Shown piece by piece: positions 27,690 through 41,794 of a stretch of 64,000 bases of DNA (positions are counted from its first letter, which is position 1; every line of letters starts with the position of its first letter). The notes under the pieces were generated by a model that did not search any database, was not told where the DNA came from, and saw only the letters and a list, made by a program, of their open reading frames with translations. A program made the translations under genes and the position numbers. This stretch comes from Eledone cirrhosa (Eukaryota), in contig OZ024748.1 of assembly GCA_964016885.1 (NCBI GenBank), forward strand, positions 58,900,001-58,964,000, read 5' to 3'.

Positions 27690-28055
27690 TATTTCTTTAT
27701 TAGCCACAGGGGCACAAAAGAAGGGGACAAATACAAAGGGGGAAGTTTACATACAATAAAAACGTGTAAAATGTTATCACAGATGGAATTTAAAAGTTAG
27801 TCGATTTTCCCCAATAGAGGGAGACAGTTTATATGGGTAACACATACCCCCGAAAAAAAATGTGCAACCCTCATCTCCAGGAGTACGAAGAGCTTGTACT
27901 CCTTTCCTCTCCTCCTCCTTTTCCTCAATCTACAGGCTGATATAGAGAGAAGGCCCATTCACTCGGGCCATTCTCGCCACTTTCACCCACCTTTCATAAA
28001 ACTTGCTGGGGTACAGCACCTCTCTCTCCATCCTGATTCTTCTTCCAAAGTGGTA
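27690..28055 (-). mobile_element. L1/Tx1-like LINE 3' end
   Basis: Minus strand reads HFGRRIRMEREVLYPSKFYERWVKVARM, resembling a Tx1/L1 ORF2 C-terminus. It is followed by a UTR ending GGCTAATAAAGAAA and then a microsatellite. Confidence 0.55.
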
Positions 28056-28058
28056 TAT

Positions 28059-28106
<48 letters not shown>

Positions 28107-28129
28107 ATATACACGGGTGTGTATAGAAG

Positions 28130-28390
28130 ATTATATTAATAAAAGAAATTCCAACTTTGTCTGATTTACGCATTTTATTTACAATCCTTTAACATCTATA
28201 ATGGTTTTAGAATGAAATAACATGGTAGAATATTAAATGTTAAGTGTTAATTGAACACTTCAATTAACACTTAACATTTAATATTCTACTATACTATTTC
28301 ATTCTAATAGCATTATAAATTCTTTATATATAAAGAATTGTAAATAAAACGAGTAAATCAGACAAAGTTGGAATTCCTTTTATTAATATA
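28130..28390. repeat. Older AT-rich fold-back palindrome
   Basis: TAATTGAA-CAC-TTCAATTA centre at about 28257; outer arms diverged. Confidence 0.85.
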
Positions 28391-28565
28391 TATATATATT
28401 TATATATACACGGATATATATACACATATATATATATATATATATATACATATATATATACACACACATATATATACACACATATATATATATATACACA
28501 CACACATATATATATATACACACATATATATATACACATATATATATATACACACATATATACAT

Positions 28566-28610
<45 letters not shown>

Positions 28611-29051
28611 TATATATATATATACACACACATATATATTTATATACACACACATATATATATACACACACACATATATATATATATACACACATATATA
28701 TACACACACATATATATATATACACACACATATATATACACACACATATATATACACACATATATATACATATATATATATATGCACATATATATATATA
28801 TACATACATACACATATATATAATATATATATACATATGTATATATATACACATATATATATACATACACACATATATATATACATACACATATATATAT
28901 ATACACACATATACATATATATATATACATACACACACATATATATATATACACACATATATATATATACGCATATATATATATAATACACACATATATA
29001 TATACGCATATATATATATATACACACACATATATATATATGTATATATAT

Positions 29052-29083
<32 letters not shown>

Positions 29084-29169
29084 GTAAAAAAATGGGGAGA
29101 AGAATATATATGTATATATATACACACACACATATATATATAGATAGATGTATATATATACACACACAC

Positions 29170-29236
<67 letters not shown>

Positions 29237-29237
29237 C

Positions 29238-29870
29238 AGAGGGATCAGATGTTGTTTACTCGAGAGAAGACTACGTTGGTATGGTCACGTGATGCCCATG
29301 AAAGACGACAGCTGTATAACAAAGTGCAGGGCAATAAAGATAGACGGTAGCTACGGAGTAGGCAGACCCAGAAAAACCTGGGAGGAGCTGATAAATTCCG
29401 ACCTCACATACTTACACCTCTCCAAGACAATGTCACTGGACCGAGACCTTTGGCGGTACTCAGTAATAGAGAAGATCCGCCTTACCTAAATACAAAGTAA
29501 AACCTACAGTCAGTAGGCATCTCTAACAAAATACACCCCGTCCACCACCCCTACCCCATCCACACCGCCCCTTTCAATGTAAAGTTATGTTGGTGCCACA
29601 ACATCCAGGCCGAAACAAATGAGATCGTGTAGGTGTCACAACAAAAAAAACACACAGTCCACGCTGTAATGTGGCCGTGTAGGCAACACGGTAAAAACCT
29701 GCCAGCCCCACACTGTAAATGTGGTTGGTGTTAGGAAGAGCATCCAGCTGTAGAAAACCCGCCAGACAGTCCTATGCGAGCAAGACAATCACTCTTGCTT
29801 CAAGTGGGAAAACCCCCGTCCAAACCCATGCAAGCGTGGAACACGGACGTTAAACGATGATGATGATGAT
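29238..29870 (+). mobile_element. RTE 3' end with composite 3' UTR and SINE-shared tail
   Basis: RRLRWYGHV...GRPRKTW...DRDLWR, then the same downstream segment as 9613-10155 and 25490-26090. Confidence 0.85.
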
Positions 29871-30454
29871 ATACACACATATATACAGAGGAAATTGAGG
29901 TTAGCTGGACATGCTCACCAACATCCAGAGTTGACATTGCACTCAGTGCTCCTGTGGGAGCCCCTACATGGACACACTGGAAGAGGAAGACCAAGGTTAA
30001 CGTATGTTGATGCCCTAAGGACAGACACTGGTCTGTTGGAGACGCAGGACATGGCAGCGATAATGAGGGACAGAGACCGCTGGAGAGAACACGTCCATGG
30101 ATCTCTTGAATTTTACCCGCCCTAGAATATATATATATATATGTACAGTATATACACACATATATATATACATATATCTATCTATCTAAGACGGGTAAAA
30201 TTCCCGAGATCCATGGACGAGTTCTCTCCAGCGGTCTCTGTCCCTCATTATCGCTGCCATATCCTGCATCTCCAACAGACCAGTGTCTGTCCTTAGGGCA
30301 TCAACATATGTTAACCTTGGTCTTCCTCTTCTAGTGTGTCCATATATATATATATATGGAACGTTTCCACGAACCAAAGTATCGTCTTCCTGTCTTCCTC
30401 CGGTTGCAACGTTTTTTGAAATATTCACTTCTGCGTTCACAGATTGTCTTTGTT

Positions 30455-30505
30455 AGTTTCAGAAGATACTGATAAGGGTGAAAGCAGCGATTATTTGCTT
30501 AAACT
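30455..30505 (+). ncRNA. Hammerhead-like motif with variant core CAGAAGA
   Basis: AGTTT-CAGAAGA-TACTGATAAGGGT-GAA-AGCAG(CGATTAT)TTGCT-T^AAACT. The same variant recurs at 36226-36276. Confidence 0.55.
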
Positions 30506-30612
30506 ATAATCTGTTATTTTAATAAATATTTTCTCTACGGTTCTTATATATTTGATATATATTTATCCTTATCGAGCCCTCTTTGGATTTTAGTCTTCAA
30601 ATTTATTATTAT

Positions 30613-30670
<58 letters not shown>

Positions 30671-31028
30671 TATACACACACACACAATACTTGTGGCGTG
30701 ATAATATATTTAAAATTACAGGAAACAGCACTTCAAACATTTTCTTCCGGTTCCAATCGTCTTCAGCCTGTTCTCATAAATCAACAAGGACTTTACGAGC
30801 TATACTTTTTCAGTCATCCACCTAGGAAACTATTCCTCTATTACTTTAAGTAGGCATTCATTAGATTAACGAAGGTTTAATGAAACTTAATTGATAACGT
30901 TCTCTATACTATTTATGTCTGCATTTATTTTATTATTATAGTCATGTTCTCCATGCTACTCCATTAAAAATATATATATATAAAATAAAATAAATAAGTC
31001 AAATGTTTAAAATTTGGCTTCGTTTATT

Positions 31029-31083
31029 ACTGCTATATATATTTCGGTGACAGCCATCTTTGGCTGTGACCTCTTCAGGCAGT
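31029..31083 (-). ncRNA. Type I hammerhead ribozyme motif, textbook fold
   Basis: ACTGC-CTGAAGA-GGTCACAGCCA(AAGA)TGGCTGTCACC-GAA-ATATATAT-A^GCAGT. 5-bp stem I, 10/11-bp stem II, palindromic stem III. Confidence 0.9.
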
Positions 31084-32042
31084 CCGAATTAGTGTGGTAG
31101 AGACGAGTATCCAATCTGCATACTGAGGTGTTGGTATACAACCAACATATACCCAAAATATATATATATTTAAAAAAAAAAAAAATAACAATCGGTACAG
31201 TATATGGAAGGTATACATTAGGTTAACGCTTGATATAGCAGTAAGAGGGTCTTAATGTTTCGGACGCTATTCCTTCTATATATATATATATATAATGTGT
31301 GTGTATAGAGAGAGAGATTAATAGATAAATACGAAGTGGTCTCAAAACGTTACCTGGTTAGTTATGTTTAAAAAATATAATACATTTACATACGTTTTAA
31401 CATCAACTCCTTCGCAGCAATACAGGGTATTCAAAGGAGGTCACCGTCCTTAGCATTGTGCTCTTTTCGAGGTGCAGTTTTCTGCATCCCAGGAGTAGGT
31501 TGGTGTATTACAACAGTCTTTTTCAAATTAATTATAAGACTGAACACATAACAAGCAGCGTTGAAACCACTGATCAGGCTTTACAAACCCTCCTCTGTGT
31601 GACTTATTAGGTCGCAGTCATCATATAGAAGGTCACGGATCAAAGAGTTAAGATTTTAGTAATGAAGGCTTAGCAAATCGTTCTTGTATTATTATTGTCA
31701 GAATCGGTAGAGAGTCGGACGCCATGCTTTGCAGCATAGAGTTACGGCCCTTCACAGTTTGAGATCATATCCCGCCGAGGTTAACTTTGCCTTTCATCCT
31801 TACGGGGTCGATAAAATAAAGTACCAGTAATGTATTGGGATGATTGCTGGCCTTGTGCCAAAAGTAGAAACAATTATTATATTACAATCTGTCTAGCTAA
31901 CTTTGCCATTGACGTGAACCTAAATATCGAGTACTCACCTGGGTGAACTTACAGTAACTTCGCGTTACACTCCCTGGGTATATTAACTTAAATTAAAATT
32001 GATTCGGATATTCTCAGGCATGACATCTATAATATAATTTTG

Positions 32043-32074
<32 letters not shown>

Positions 32075-32080
<6 letters not shown>

Positions 32081-32352
32081 GAAAAATCAGTGATGCATCT
32101 GAACTCAATTTATTGTGTGTTACAATTGTTTCGCCGGCGGACAGCTCGAGATGCGATCATTGTGTGGATCTGTCTGATTCTGGACCCACAGGTTCGACGG
32201 ACACATTGTGGAAGAATATGCTCCGAAATCATTACACGGGTCCAGAATCAGACAGATCCACACAATGATCGCGTCTCGAGCTGTCCGCCGGCGAAACAAT
32301 TGTAACACACAATAAATTGAGTTCAGATGCATCACTGATTTTTCGTTTTATA
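32075..32352. repeat. Near-perfect palindrome, about 113-bp arms, about 50-bp spacer
   Basis: Mirror-image ORFs 32090(+) and 32120(-) reflect it. The arms carry the HHR 3' half GAA-ACAATTGT-A. Confidence 0.97.
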
Positions 32353-32668
32353 TTATATCATACTCTGCTCTGTAAGACCATCGAGTGCTCAACCGGCATA
32401 CCGCCTATGGAAGCATCTTAGCTACCATCCGACACACACACATATAAATATGTGTAGGATAACAATAAATCGTTAAAGGTAATCCGGTAAGAGTCTGTGA
32501 AAACAACTTATCATGGACAGTTTAAGCTTACGGTAATGTGGGACTCAACAAGATGTTTACGTTGGTGACGATGTTATGGCTTCGCTTGTATTCCTATGTA
32601 AATATATCTTGGAGTAATAAAAAAGTTAAGAATGACATGGTTGACAGCACAAACAAGGGTATTTATTT

Positions 32669-32777
32669 ACAGTCTTACATTTGTTTCCATGATAGAATTG
32701 TCTAAATTGCTAAATACTGGAGACAGTATAACTCAATTTACTATACATTTAAGTTCAATCATTTCATCAGAAACCAT
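32669..32777 (-). ncRNA. Type I hammerhead with long stem II in the pseudo-LTR of Penelope-like element 1
   Basis: ATGGTTT-CTGATGA-AATGAT...ATCATG-GAA-ACAAATGT-A^AGACTGT. The + strand mirror copy starts at about 36003 and is truncated at 36085. Confidence 0.72.
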
Positions 32778-33299
32778 TAAGAAATATAAAATATATGTGT
32801 AACAGTAAACTTAAAAATTCAAATTACTACATCAATAATATTGTTAATGATAAATAAATAAAGGAAGGGAGACAGATGGAAATGAGAGAGAAAGAAAGAA
32901 GGAACGAAGATATAGTTAAATGTATAACCGGCAACGTTACGAAATCAACCTATCACATTAAAATAAATATAATATCAATAATAATAAAGATATGTAGAGA
33001 AAGAGAGGGCGGGTATAGCATAGGTAAAGAGGAAGGATAAGTAAGGAAGATGAGAAAGAAATAGAGGAAGATTGAGGGAGTAGAGGGGGATAGAAATTAA
33101 TCATGAATATGGGGATATGAAGAAGAGAAAATAAAATAAACATACGGACGAATATACATTACTATGTATTATATTATAAGATAAAATTATCGAGATAAAA
33201 TATGTTTAATATATATGTTTAAAATATGTTTACTTATGGGAAAATTACGTGCCACTAATGGTATCATTGTAAAAGCAGATAAAACATCTAATGTATACA

Positions 33300-35311
33300 C
33301 CATGAGCCTTAATACATACAACAATTTTATACGCCGCGAATTACATAAAAAATACAAGAAAACCCACAGAGTCTACACTCAACAGAATTAACATAGAAGG
33401 TCTTAACATAGTAAAAAAAAAAATTAAAATATCCGATAGAACCGAGCTTCTTACACCTTGTGAACCCACTTTTAATCTGAAAGATTAGAAATGTAACTTC
33501 GAAACCAACCTTACTATTAGATTGATATGTCCTTCAAAATCAGATATAGGTAGAATTAGTAAATTTATACTAGATAGAATATTACCACAAATTAAGAAAC
33601 AACTATCAAGCTCTGGGGTAACACAAGTGAAGCAATAGACTGGTTCAACTCATTAGACAATAAAGAATCGTCCGACTTTATACAATTTGACATAAATGAC
33701 TACTACTATTCTATCTCCCCAATCACCCTTAATAAGGCATTATCCTTTGCCCAAAATCATTCGGATCTTTCAGCAGATGAAATTAAAATAATACTAGCCG
33801 CTAGACGAACTATCATTAAATTCGACAACAGCTAGTGGGAGAGAAAAAATAGATTGAATAACTCCGATATTATTATGGGATCGAACGACTCAGCCCAGAT
33901 CACAGACTTGGTTGGAATTTATATAGCATATTTCTTACATAAGGAATTTGGTAACTTACAAGGTGGAATCTATAGAGATGATACTCTACTTTTAGCTAAA
34001 AACCTAAATAGCCAAAACTTAGAAGGTTTAAGGAAGAGGATTAGAAAATTCTTTAATAACTTAGGCCTTAGCATTACTTTTGAACCCAACTCTAAAAAAG
34101 TCAACTTCTTGGACGTATCATTTAACCTTAACTCAGGACTAATAGAACCCTTCCATAAAATAATGAAAATTTAGCTTACATTGACTATAACTCGAACCAT
34201 CCTAGATCCATAATTAACTCCATTGCGCAAAGTATATCCCTTATAATCTCACGCCTATCCTCTAACCATGATATTTTTAATGAACACGCTAGCTACTATA
34301 ACTTAGCTTTACTTAAGGCAGGCCATAAAGAAAGACTCAAATACATACCTGATACAAAAAATAACACCTCACTTAATATTAACGATACTTCCCACAACCA
34401 TAGAATCAACAAACCTAGGTCTAAACGCATAAATAGGCACCATATACCTAATTTAAATAAATAAAATGATAATACTAATACCACTAGTGGACATAGAAGA
34501 TACAGAAATAGAAACTACTTATGGTTTAATCCAATGTTTAACTCCTCTATTAAAACTAAGCTTCCTCTCACTTTCTTTAAATTAGTTGACAAACACTTCC
34601 CTAAAATACATAAATATAAAATCTTTAATAGAAAAACTATCAAACTATCATACTCCACTGCTAGAATCGCACATTCACAAAATTAACTACATAAGAATTC
34701 ATAATCAAAGTAGCCCCCATATAAGATCCATATCACCAAATACAGAACACACACATATTATATCATCGCAACCAAATACACGCCAAAGAAGACCACCACA
34801 ATACACCAACAAACCTAATTCGCAGCCCATATATAACAATCTTCAAAATCATATAGTAGAACCGCCGCATAGGAAAGCATTTCTATGCAATTGCCACTTA
34901 CCCGACAATTGCCCTCTACTAAACAGATGCCTGGAGAAAAACGTAGTATACTTGTGTACTATCAACTCAGGTAGCTTGGCATGGTATTACATTGGTTCCA
35001 CAGCTGATGTTTTCAAAAAACGGTGGTACGTGCACATACATTCTATGATTAATAAGAACCAATCAAATACATCAACTCTTGCCAATAAAATATGGCAACT
35101 CAAAAATGCATGCACTAAATACGAGATCTGCTGGAAAATAATTTCAACTGTTAAAGCCTATCAAACTGGTATGTCCCATTGTAGGCTCTGTAATATGGAG
35201 CTCTTCCAAATTCTTAATTTTAGTAAAACCCTTCTTAACAGTAGAATTGAGCGAACTATCTTTTGCCGGCATAAATCAGCAACGAAGTTCCTGAACTTTA
35301 GACCAACTTAA
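33300..35311 (+). pseudogene. Disrupted Penelope-like RT/GIY-YIG ORF
   Basis: ORF pieces 33854-34174 and 34586-35311 plus frameshifted flanks. Confidence 0.9.
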
Positions 35312-36082
35312 CTCCAATAGCTCCCCCTTATTCCTTTTTATACTTTTAGCACTTATTACGATATCAAATTATCACAAACTTCATAATTACGTAGGAATAA
35401 CCTAAAAACAGTTGTATTAACATCATTATTTTTATTTGTATCATTTATTATCTTATATATATATATACATCTTTCACCATTTGTCTTTGTATTTCTCCAC
35501 TTAAACATATTATATCTCGATCATTTTATCTTATAATATAATACATCTCAAACTAGCTATTTTACATAGTAATGTATATTCGTCCGTATGTTTATTTTCT
35601 TTTCTCTCTACCTCATATCCATATGTTTATTTTATTTTCTCTCTTCTTCATATCCCCATATTCATGATTAATTTCTATCCCCCTATACTCCCTCATCCGT
35701 CTTAATCTTCCTCTATTTCTTTCTCATCTTCCTTACTTATCCTTCCTCTTTACCTATGCTATATCCCCTTCTCTCTTTCTCTACATATATCTTTATTATT
35801 ATTGATATTATATTTATTTTAATGTGATAGGTTGATTTCGTAACGTTGCCGGTTAAACATTTAACTATATCTTCATTCCTTCTTTCTTTCTCTCTCATTT
35901 CCATCTGTCTCCCTTCCTTTATTTATTTATCATTAACAATATTATTGATGTAGTAATTTGAATTTTTAAGTTTACTGTTACGCATATATTTTATATTTCT
36001 TAATGGTTTCTGATGAAATGATTGAACTTAAATGTATAGTAAATTGAGTTATACTGTCTCCAGTATTTAGCAATTTATAGAC

Positions 36083-36177
<95 letters not shown>

Positions 36178-36225
36178 TAACAGATTAAAGTTTAAGCAAA
36201 AAACTGCTGCTTTTACACTTAACTT

Positions 36226-36276
36226 AGTTTCAGAAGATCCAGTTAAGGGTGAAAGCAGTGATTCTTTGCTTAAACT
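36226..36276 (+). ncRNA. Hammerhead-like motif with variant core CAGAAGA
   Basis: AGTTT-CAGAAGA-TCCAGTTAAGGGT-GAA-AGCAG(TGATTCT)TTGCT-T^AAACT. Confidence 0.55.
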
Positions 36277-36403
36277 TTAATCTGTTATTTTAATAAATGC
36301 TCTAGGGTTCTTATATATTTGATATATATTTATCCTTATCGACCCCGCTTTGGATTTTAGTCTTCACATTTATTATTATTACTATATATATATATATTAT
36401 TAC

Positions 36404-36437
<34 letters not shown>

Positions 36438-36700
36438 TATTTATATAATTCAAAATTCAATAAGACCAAGGATTAGTATTATTACTATTTATTTAAACAT
36501 CGCTACGGTCGTTTCAATGTGGCTAGAATGTCTCATCAACTTTAGAGGAGACAGATATCAACAACATTACTCCATAAGGTGCTCTACTCAAAACTCCATC
36601 TCTTCAGGAGATATAATAAAAAATAACAGTAAATATATATATACACATGTATTATTCAGAATAATAATATATGAAGACATTCACATAATCAAAATATATG

Positions 36701-36762
36701 TTTTATTATATATATTTCGAAGGTACTGTGCTGTTTTTTCAGTACGTCCTCCTCAGATAAAA
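36701..36762 (-). ncRNA. Type I hammerhead (left arm of palindrome)
   Basis: Exact reverse complement of 36863-36924. Confidence 0.88.
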
Positions 36763-36862
36763 TACATGAATTGATGTATGAAATACCTCAACGGTCTTGA
36801 AAGTTCAATTCCAGTATTGAACTTTCAAGACCGTTGAGGTATTTCATACATCAATTCATGTA

Positions 36863-36924
36863 TTTTATCTGAGGAGGACGTACTGAAAAAACAGCACAGT
36901 ACCTTCGAAATATATATAATAAAA
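36863..36924 (+). ncRNA. Type I hammerhead (right arm of palindrome)
   Basis: TTTTAT-CTGAGGA-GGACGTACTG...CAGTACCTTC-GAA-ATATATAT-A^ATAAAA. Confidence 0.88.
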
Positions 36925-37326
36925 CATATATTTTGATTATGTGAATGTCTTCATTTATTAATATTCTGAATAATAATAACTCCAGAAAACTGACTGTAGA
37001 GTGCTTTTAATCTATTGCAAAACTATATTCATTGAGTAATCAGTGAACCTCATTAAACTTTGGTTAAACACATATGTATATATAATTGTGTGTATATATC
37101 TGCGTGTATATATGTATTTGTTTATATGCATGTGTGTGTATACATATGTATATGTGTGTGTGTATACATATGTATGTGTGTATATATGTATGTATGTGTG
37201 TATATATGTATATATGTGTGTATGTATATACATATGTATATATGTATATACATATGTATGTGTATATTTTTTTTTTTATGTATATATATATATATATGTG
37301 TGTACATATGTATGTGTGTATATGTC

Positions 37327-37935
37327 AGGTCACCAGTTGGTGCTACTGGTAACATGTATCCCAGTACAACCTGTCTCATGGTCGGGTCGTTGGCAACTAA
37401 ACTGGCAACCCCACCAAGGTTCCTTGGTGAGGAGGGTGACTTTGGACATCCTGCAGGACTAAAAATAAAATCTGTCAAAGGGAAAAGGAGCTCGTAAGAG
37501 TCAATGGCCATCCAAAATCACCGGGAGAGATGACCCCTTAGCCTTTGTCAAGGCAGAATTCTAGGAGAAGGAAAACTCTGATATGACACCTGCAACCCTG
37601 ATGGTATCCAATGATGTTGACTTGTTCTTCTTTTTTGGTAAATATCATCTTGGTTAAGAGAGTGGGACTGGCTTTGTGCAGTGCCTTTGCTCACTATAAA
37701 AGCTTCACGACATAAGCATTGCTTTATATCTGGAGATCTCTCTGCACTTGTCGTCACATTGTACCATGGGCCCAGCACTATGTGTCAATAATTGTCACAA
37801 GTGTAGTGTTTGTACCAGAGTTTTCAAGTCGCTGGCTGGACTAAAAAGTCACACTCGTTCAGCGCATCGGTAAGGGTTCTCCTACATGGATATAAAGTAG
37901 TGGCCATATTCGAAAACGAGTTGGCAGCCACCATG
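37327..37935 (+). mobile_element. About 600-bp non-coding interspersed element (copy 1)
   Basis: Close copy at 51905-52470; both flanked by (TA/TG)n microsatellite; no intact ORF. Confidence 0.8.
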
Positions 37936-38594
37936 TGTGTATTATATATATATTTGTGTGTATATATGTATATATATGTGTGTGTGTATATATGTCTGTC
38001 TGTATATATATATATATCTGTGTATATATGTGTCTGTGTATATGTATATATATATATGTGTGTCTGTATATATGTATATATATATGTGTCTGTATATATA
38101 TATATGTATCTGTGTATATATATATATATATGTGTGTGTCTGTATATATGTATATATATATATTTACGTGTCTGTATATATACATGTGTATATATATGTA
38201 TGTGTGTGTGTATATATGTATATATATATGTGTGTGTATATATGTATATATATGTGTATGTATATATGTATATATGTGTGCATATATGTATATATGTGTG
38301 TGTATATATACATACGTATGTGTGTATATATGTATATATATATGTGTATGTGTGTGTATATATGTATATATGTGTGTATGATTGTATGTATGTATGTATG
38401 TATATAACTACAGTAAATAACATCATTTTACTATCATGTGAGTGCAATCTTTCTCCTTTATGTGTTATTAATTTTTGTATTCCTTTCTTTTTTGTAGTTT
38501 CATTTATTTTAGTTCGTTTTTGAAAGTTAATTATACACATACTACGAAGCATACAAAACCAGCTATATATACACAGACATATATATGTGTATAT

Positions 38595-38698
<104 letters not shown>

Positions 38699-39159
38699 TC
38701 TTGAGTGTACATTTGTATATAAATAATTATATCCTCATCATATATTTATATGTATATATATATGTGCGTGTATTTATACATAATTATGTGTGTGTGTGTA
38801 TTTGTGTATATATATATATGTGTGTTTATGTGTATATATATACATATATATGTGTGTGTCTATTTATATATATATGTGTGTTTATCTGTATATATATATA
38901 CATATATATGTGTCTGTGTATTTATATATATGTGTGCATATATATATATATATATGTGTGTATATATATTATGTGTGAGTATATATATGTGTGTGTGTGT
39001 ATACATATATATATGTGTGTATGTATATATGTATATATATATATATATATATGTGTATATATATACATATATATGTATATATATATGCGTATATGTATAT
39101 ATATTTTTATATGTGTGTATATATATATGTGTATATCTGTGTATATATATATGTGTATA

Positions 39160-39192
<33 letters not shown>

Positions 39193-39446
39193 GTGTGTAT
39201 ATATATGTGTGTATATATGTGTGTATATATGTGTATATATATATATGTGTGTGTGTGTATATATATATATGTGTGTGTATATATATGTGTGTATATATAT
39301 ATGTGTGTGTATATGTGTGTATATATATGTGTGTATATATATGTGTATATATATATATGTGTATATATATGTGTATATATATATATAGGTATGTGTATAT
39401 ATATGTGAGTATATATATATATATGTGTGCATATATATATATGTGA

Positions 39447-39511
<65 letters not shown>

Positions 39512-39787
39512 AGTGTGTATATATATATGTGTGTGTGTGTATTTATATATGTGTGTGTATATATATATGTGTGTGTATATATATATACATGTGTATATAT
39601 ATATATGTGTTGGTATATATATATGTGTATGTGTGTGTATATATGTGTGTATATATATATATGTGTGTGTATATATATATGTGTGTGTATATGTGTGTGT
39701 GTATATATATATGTGTGTGTATATATATGTATATATATGTATATATATGTGTGTGTGTATATATATATGTGTGTGTATATATATATA

Positions 39788-39846
<59 letters not shown>

Positions 39847-40010
39847 GTGTGTATATATATATATGTGTGTATATATATATATGTGTGTGTATATATATAT
39901 ATATGTGTATATATATATATATGTGTGTGTATATATATATATGTGTGCATATATATATATATATACAATATATTAACAAATGGAAACTATATTTATAAAA
40001 CCATATTTAG

Positions 40011-40070
40011 TTCATTATACATATTTCAAGGGCCACCAGAGCAAACTATGGTGCGCTTTCATCAGATGAA
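40011..40070 (-). ncRNA. Type I hammerhead (left arm of palindrome)
   Basis: Reverse complement of 40222-40281. Confidence 0.86.
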
Positions 40071-40221
40071 ATATAATATAGGTTAGTTTTATAAATAAAT
40101 ATTGACATACCCTTAAAAAATGCAACCATTCTAGTTGGAATCTCCAGGAGATTCCAACCAGAATGGTTGCATTTTTTAAGGGTATGTCAATATTTATTTA
40201 TAAAACTAACCTATATTATAT

Positions 40222-40281
40222 TTCATCTGATGAAAGCGCACCATAGTTTGCTCTGGTGGCCCTTGAAATATGTATAATGAA
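40222..40281 (+). ncRNA. Type I hammerhead (right arm of palindrome)
   Basis: TTCAT-CTGATGA-AAGCGCACCA...TGGTGGCCCTT-GAA-ATATGTAT-A^ATGAA. Confidence 0.86.
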
Positions 40282-40494
40282 CTAAATATGGTTTTATAAA
40301 TATAGTTTCCATTTGTTAAGATATTGTATATTTACTCCAATAATTTGTTGAGTGCTTTATATCAGTTATAAAAATATTTTGCTTGTTGTATCTCAACAAA
40401 TTAAATATTACCTCAACATATATATATATATATATGTGTGTCTGTTTGTATATATATATATATATCTATGTGTGTGTGTATATATATATATATT

Positions 40495-40527
<33 letters not shown>

Positions 40528-40615
40528 ATATAAATATACATGTTTGTGTATATATATTTATATATGTGTGTGTGTGTATATATAAAATATATGTGTGTGT
40601 GTATATATATATATA

Positions 40616-40646
<31 letters not shown>

Positions 40647-40703
40647 GTGTGTGTGACTGTGTGTATATATATTTATATTTATGTGTATATATATATATGT
40701 GTG

Positions 40704-40735
<32 letters not shown>

Positions 40736-40764
40736 CGTGTGTGTGTATATATATATATATACAC

Positions 40765-40826
<62 letters not shown>

Positions 40827-41013
40827 GTGTATATTTCAAATGGTCGTTTGACGTAATGTCAAATTGACCTAACTCGGTAGGTCACATGTCTCTTTTACCA
40901 AGGCATCCAGTTCCTTCTAGTCTCACTTACCAAAATTCGGTGAGCTACTTGATAATAAAGAAGTAATAAAGCATATTACCTCTACATTATTTATATACAT
41001 ATATAATGTATAC

Positions 41014-41063
<50 letters not shown>

Positions 41064-41083
41064 TAATGTGTGTATGTATGTAA

Positions 41084-41151
<68 letters not shown>

Positions 41152-41553
41152 ATAAATGTATATATAAATATATGTGTGTGTATGTGTAAATGTATATATA
41201 TATGTAAATGTATATATAAATATGTAAACGTATATATATAAATGTATGTGTATATATATGTATATACACATATATATACTCACACTTATATAAATATATA
41301 CACACACTTATATAAATATATACACAAACTTTTATATATATATATATACACACGCACAAAAACATACATATACACACACATGTATATATATATGTATATA
41401 TAAATATATATATATACACACATATGTATATACACATATATATGTATATACACATATATATATACACACATAGATATATACACACACATATATATATGTA
41501 TATACATATATATACACACATATATATGCACATATATATATATACACACACAC

Positions 41554-41603
<50 letters not shown>

Positions 41604-41744
41604 GCATATATATATATACACACAAATATATATAATCATATATATATATAATTGTTTCTAATTTAGGCACAAGGCCAGCAATTACTCAGTGCATTACTGG
41701 TACTTTATTTTATCGACCCCGTATAATGACATATATATATTATA

Positions 41745-41792
<48 letters not shown>

Positions 41793-41794
41793 CA

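Larger units (their letters stand above)
32450..36085 (+). mobile_element. Penelope-like element 1 (decayed; RT + GIY-YIG) with inverted pseudo-LTR
   Basis: RT motifs QFDINDYY, MGSNDSAQITDLVG, GGIYRDD, VNFLDV and SNHP; then LWFNP; CNCHLPDNCPLLNRCL...VVYLC...YYIGST...KKRWYVH (GIY-YIG). About 530-bp inverted repeats at 32697-33225 and 35500-36085. Confidence 0.93.
36649..36976. repeat. Near-perfect palindrome, about 160-bp arms, 6-nt loop
   Basis: Centre GAAAGTTCAAT-TCCAGT-ATTGAACTTTC at 36810-36815. Confidence 0.97.
39963..40330. repeat. Near-perfect palindrome, about 180-bp arms, 1-nt centre
   Basis: GAATCTCC-A-GGAGATTC centre at 40146. Confidence 0.97.

Noticed and set aside
32090-32335. 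Pair of near-identical 71-aa ORFs on opposite strands
   Set aside because: A by-product of the DNA palindrome; no recognisable protein.
36495-36545. Hammerhead-like TTGATGA...GAAACGACCGTA on the minus strand
   Set aside because: Stems I and II do not pair convincingly; at best a decayed copy.
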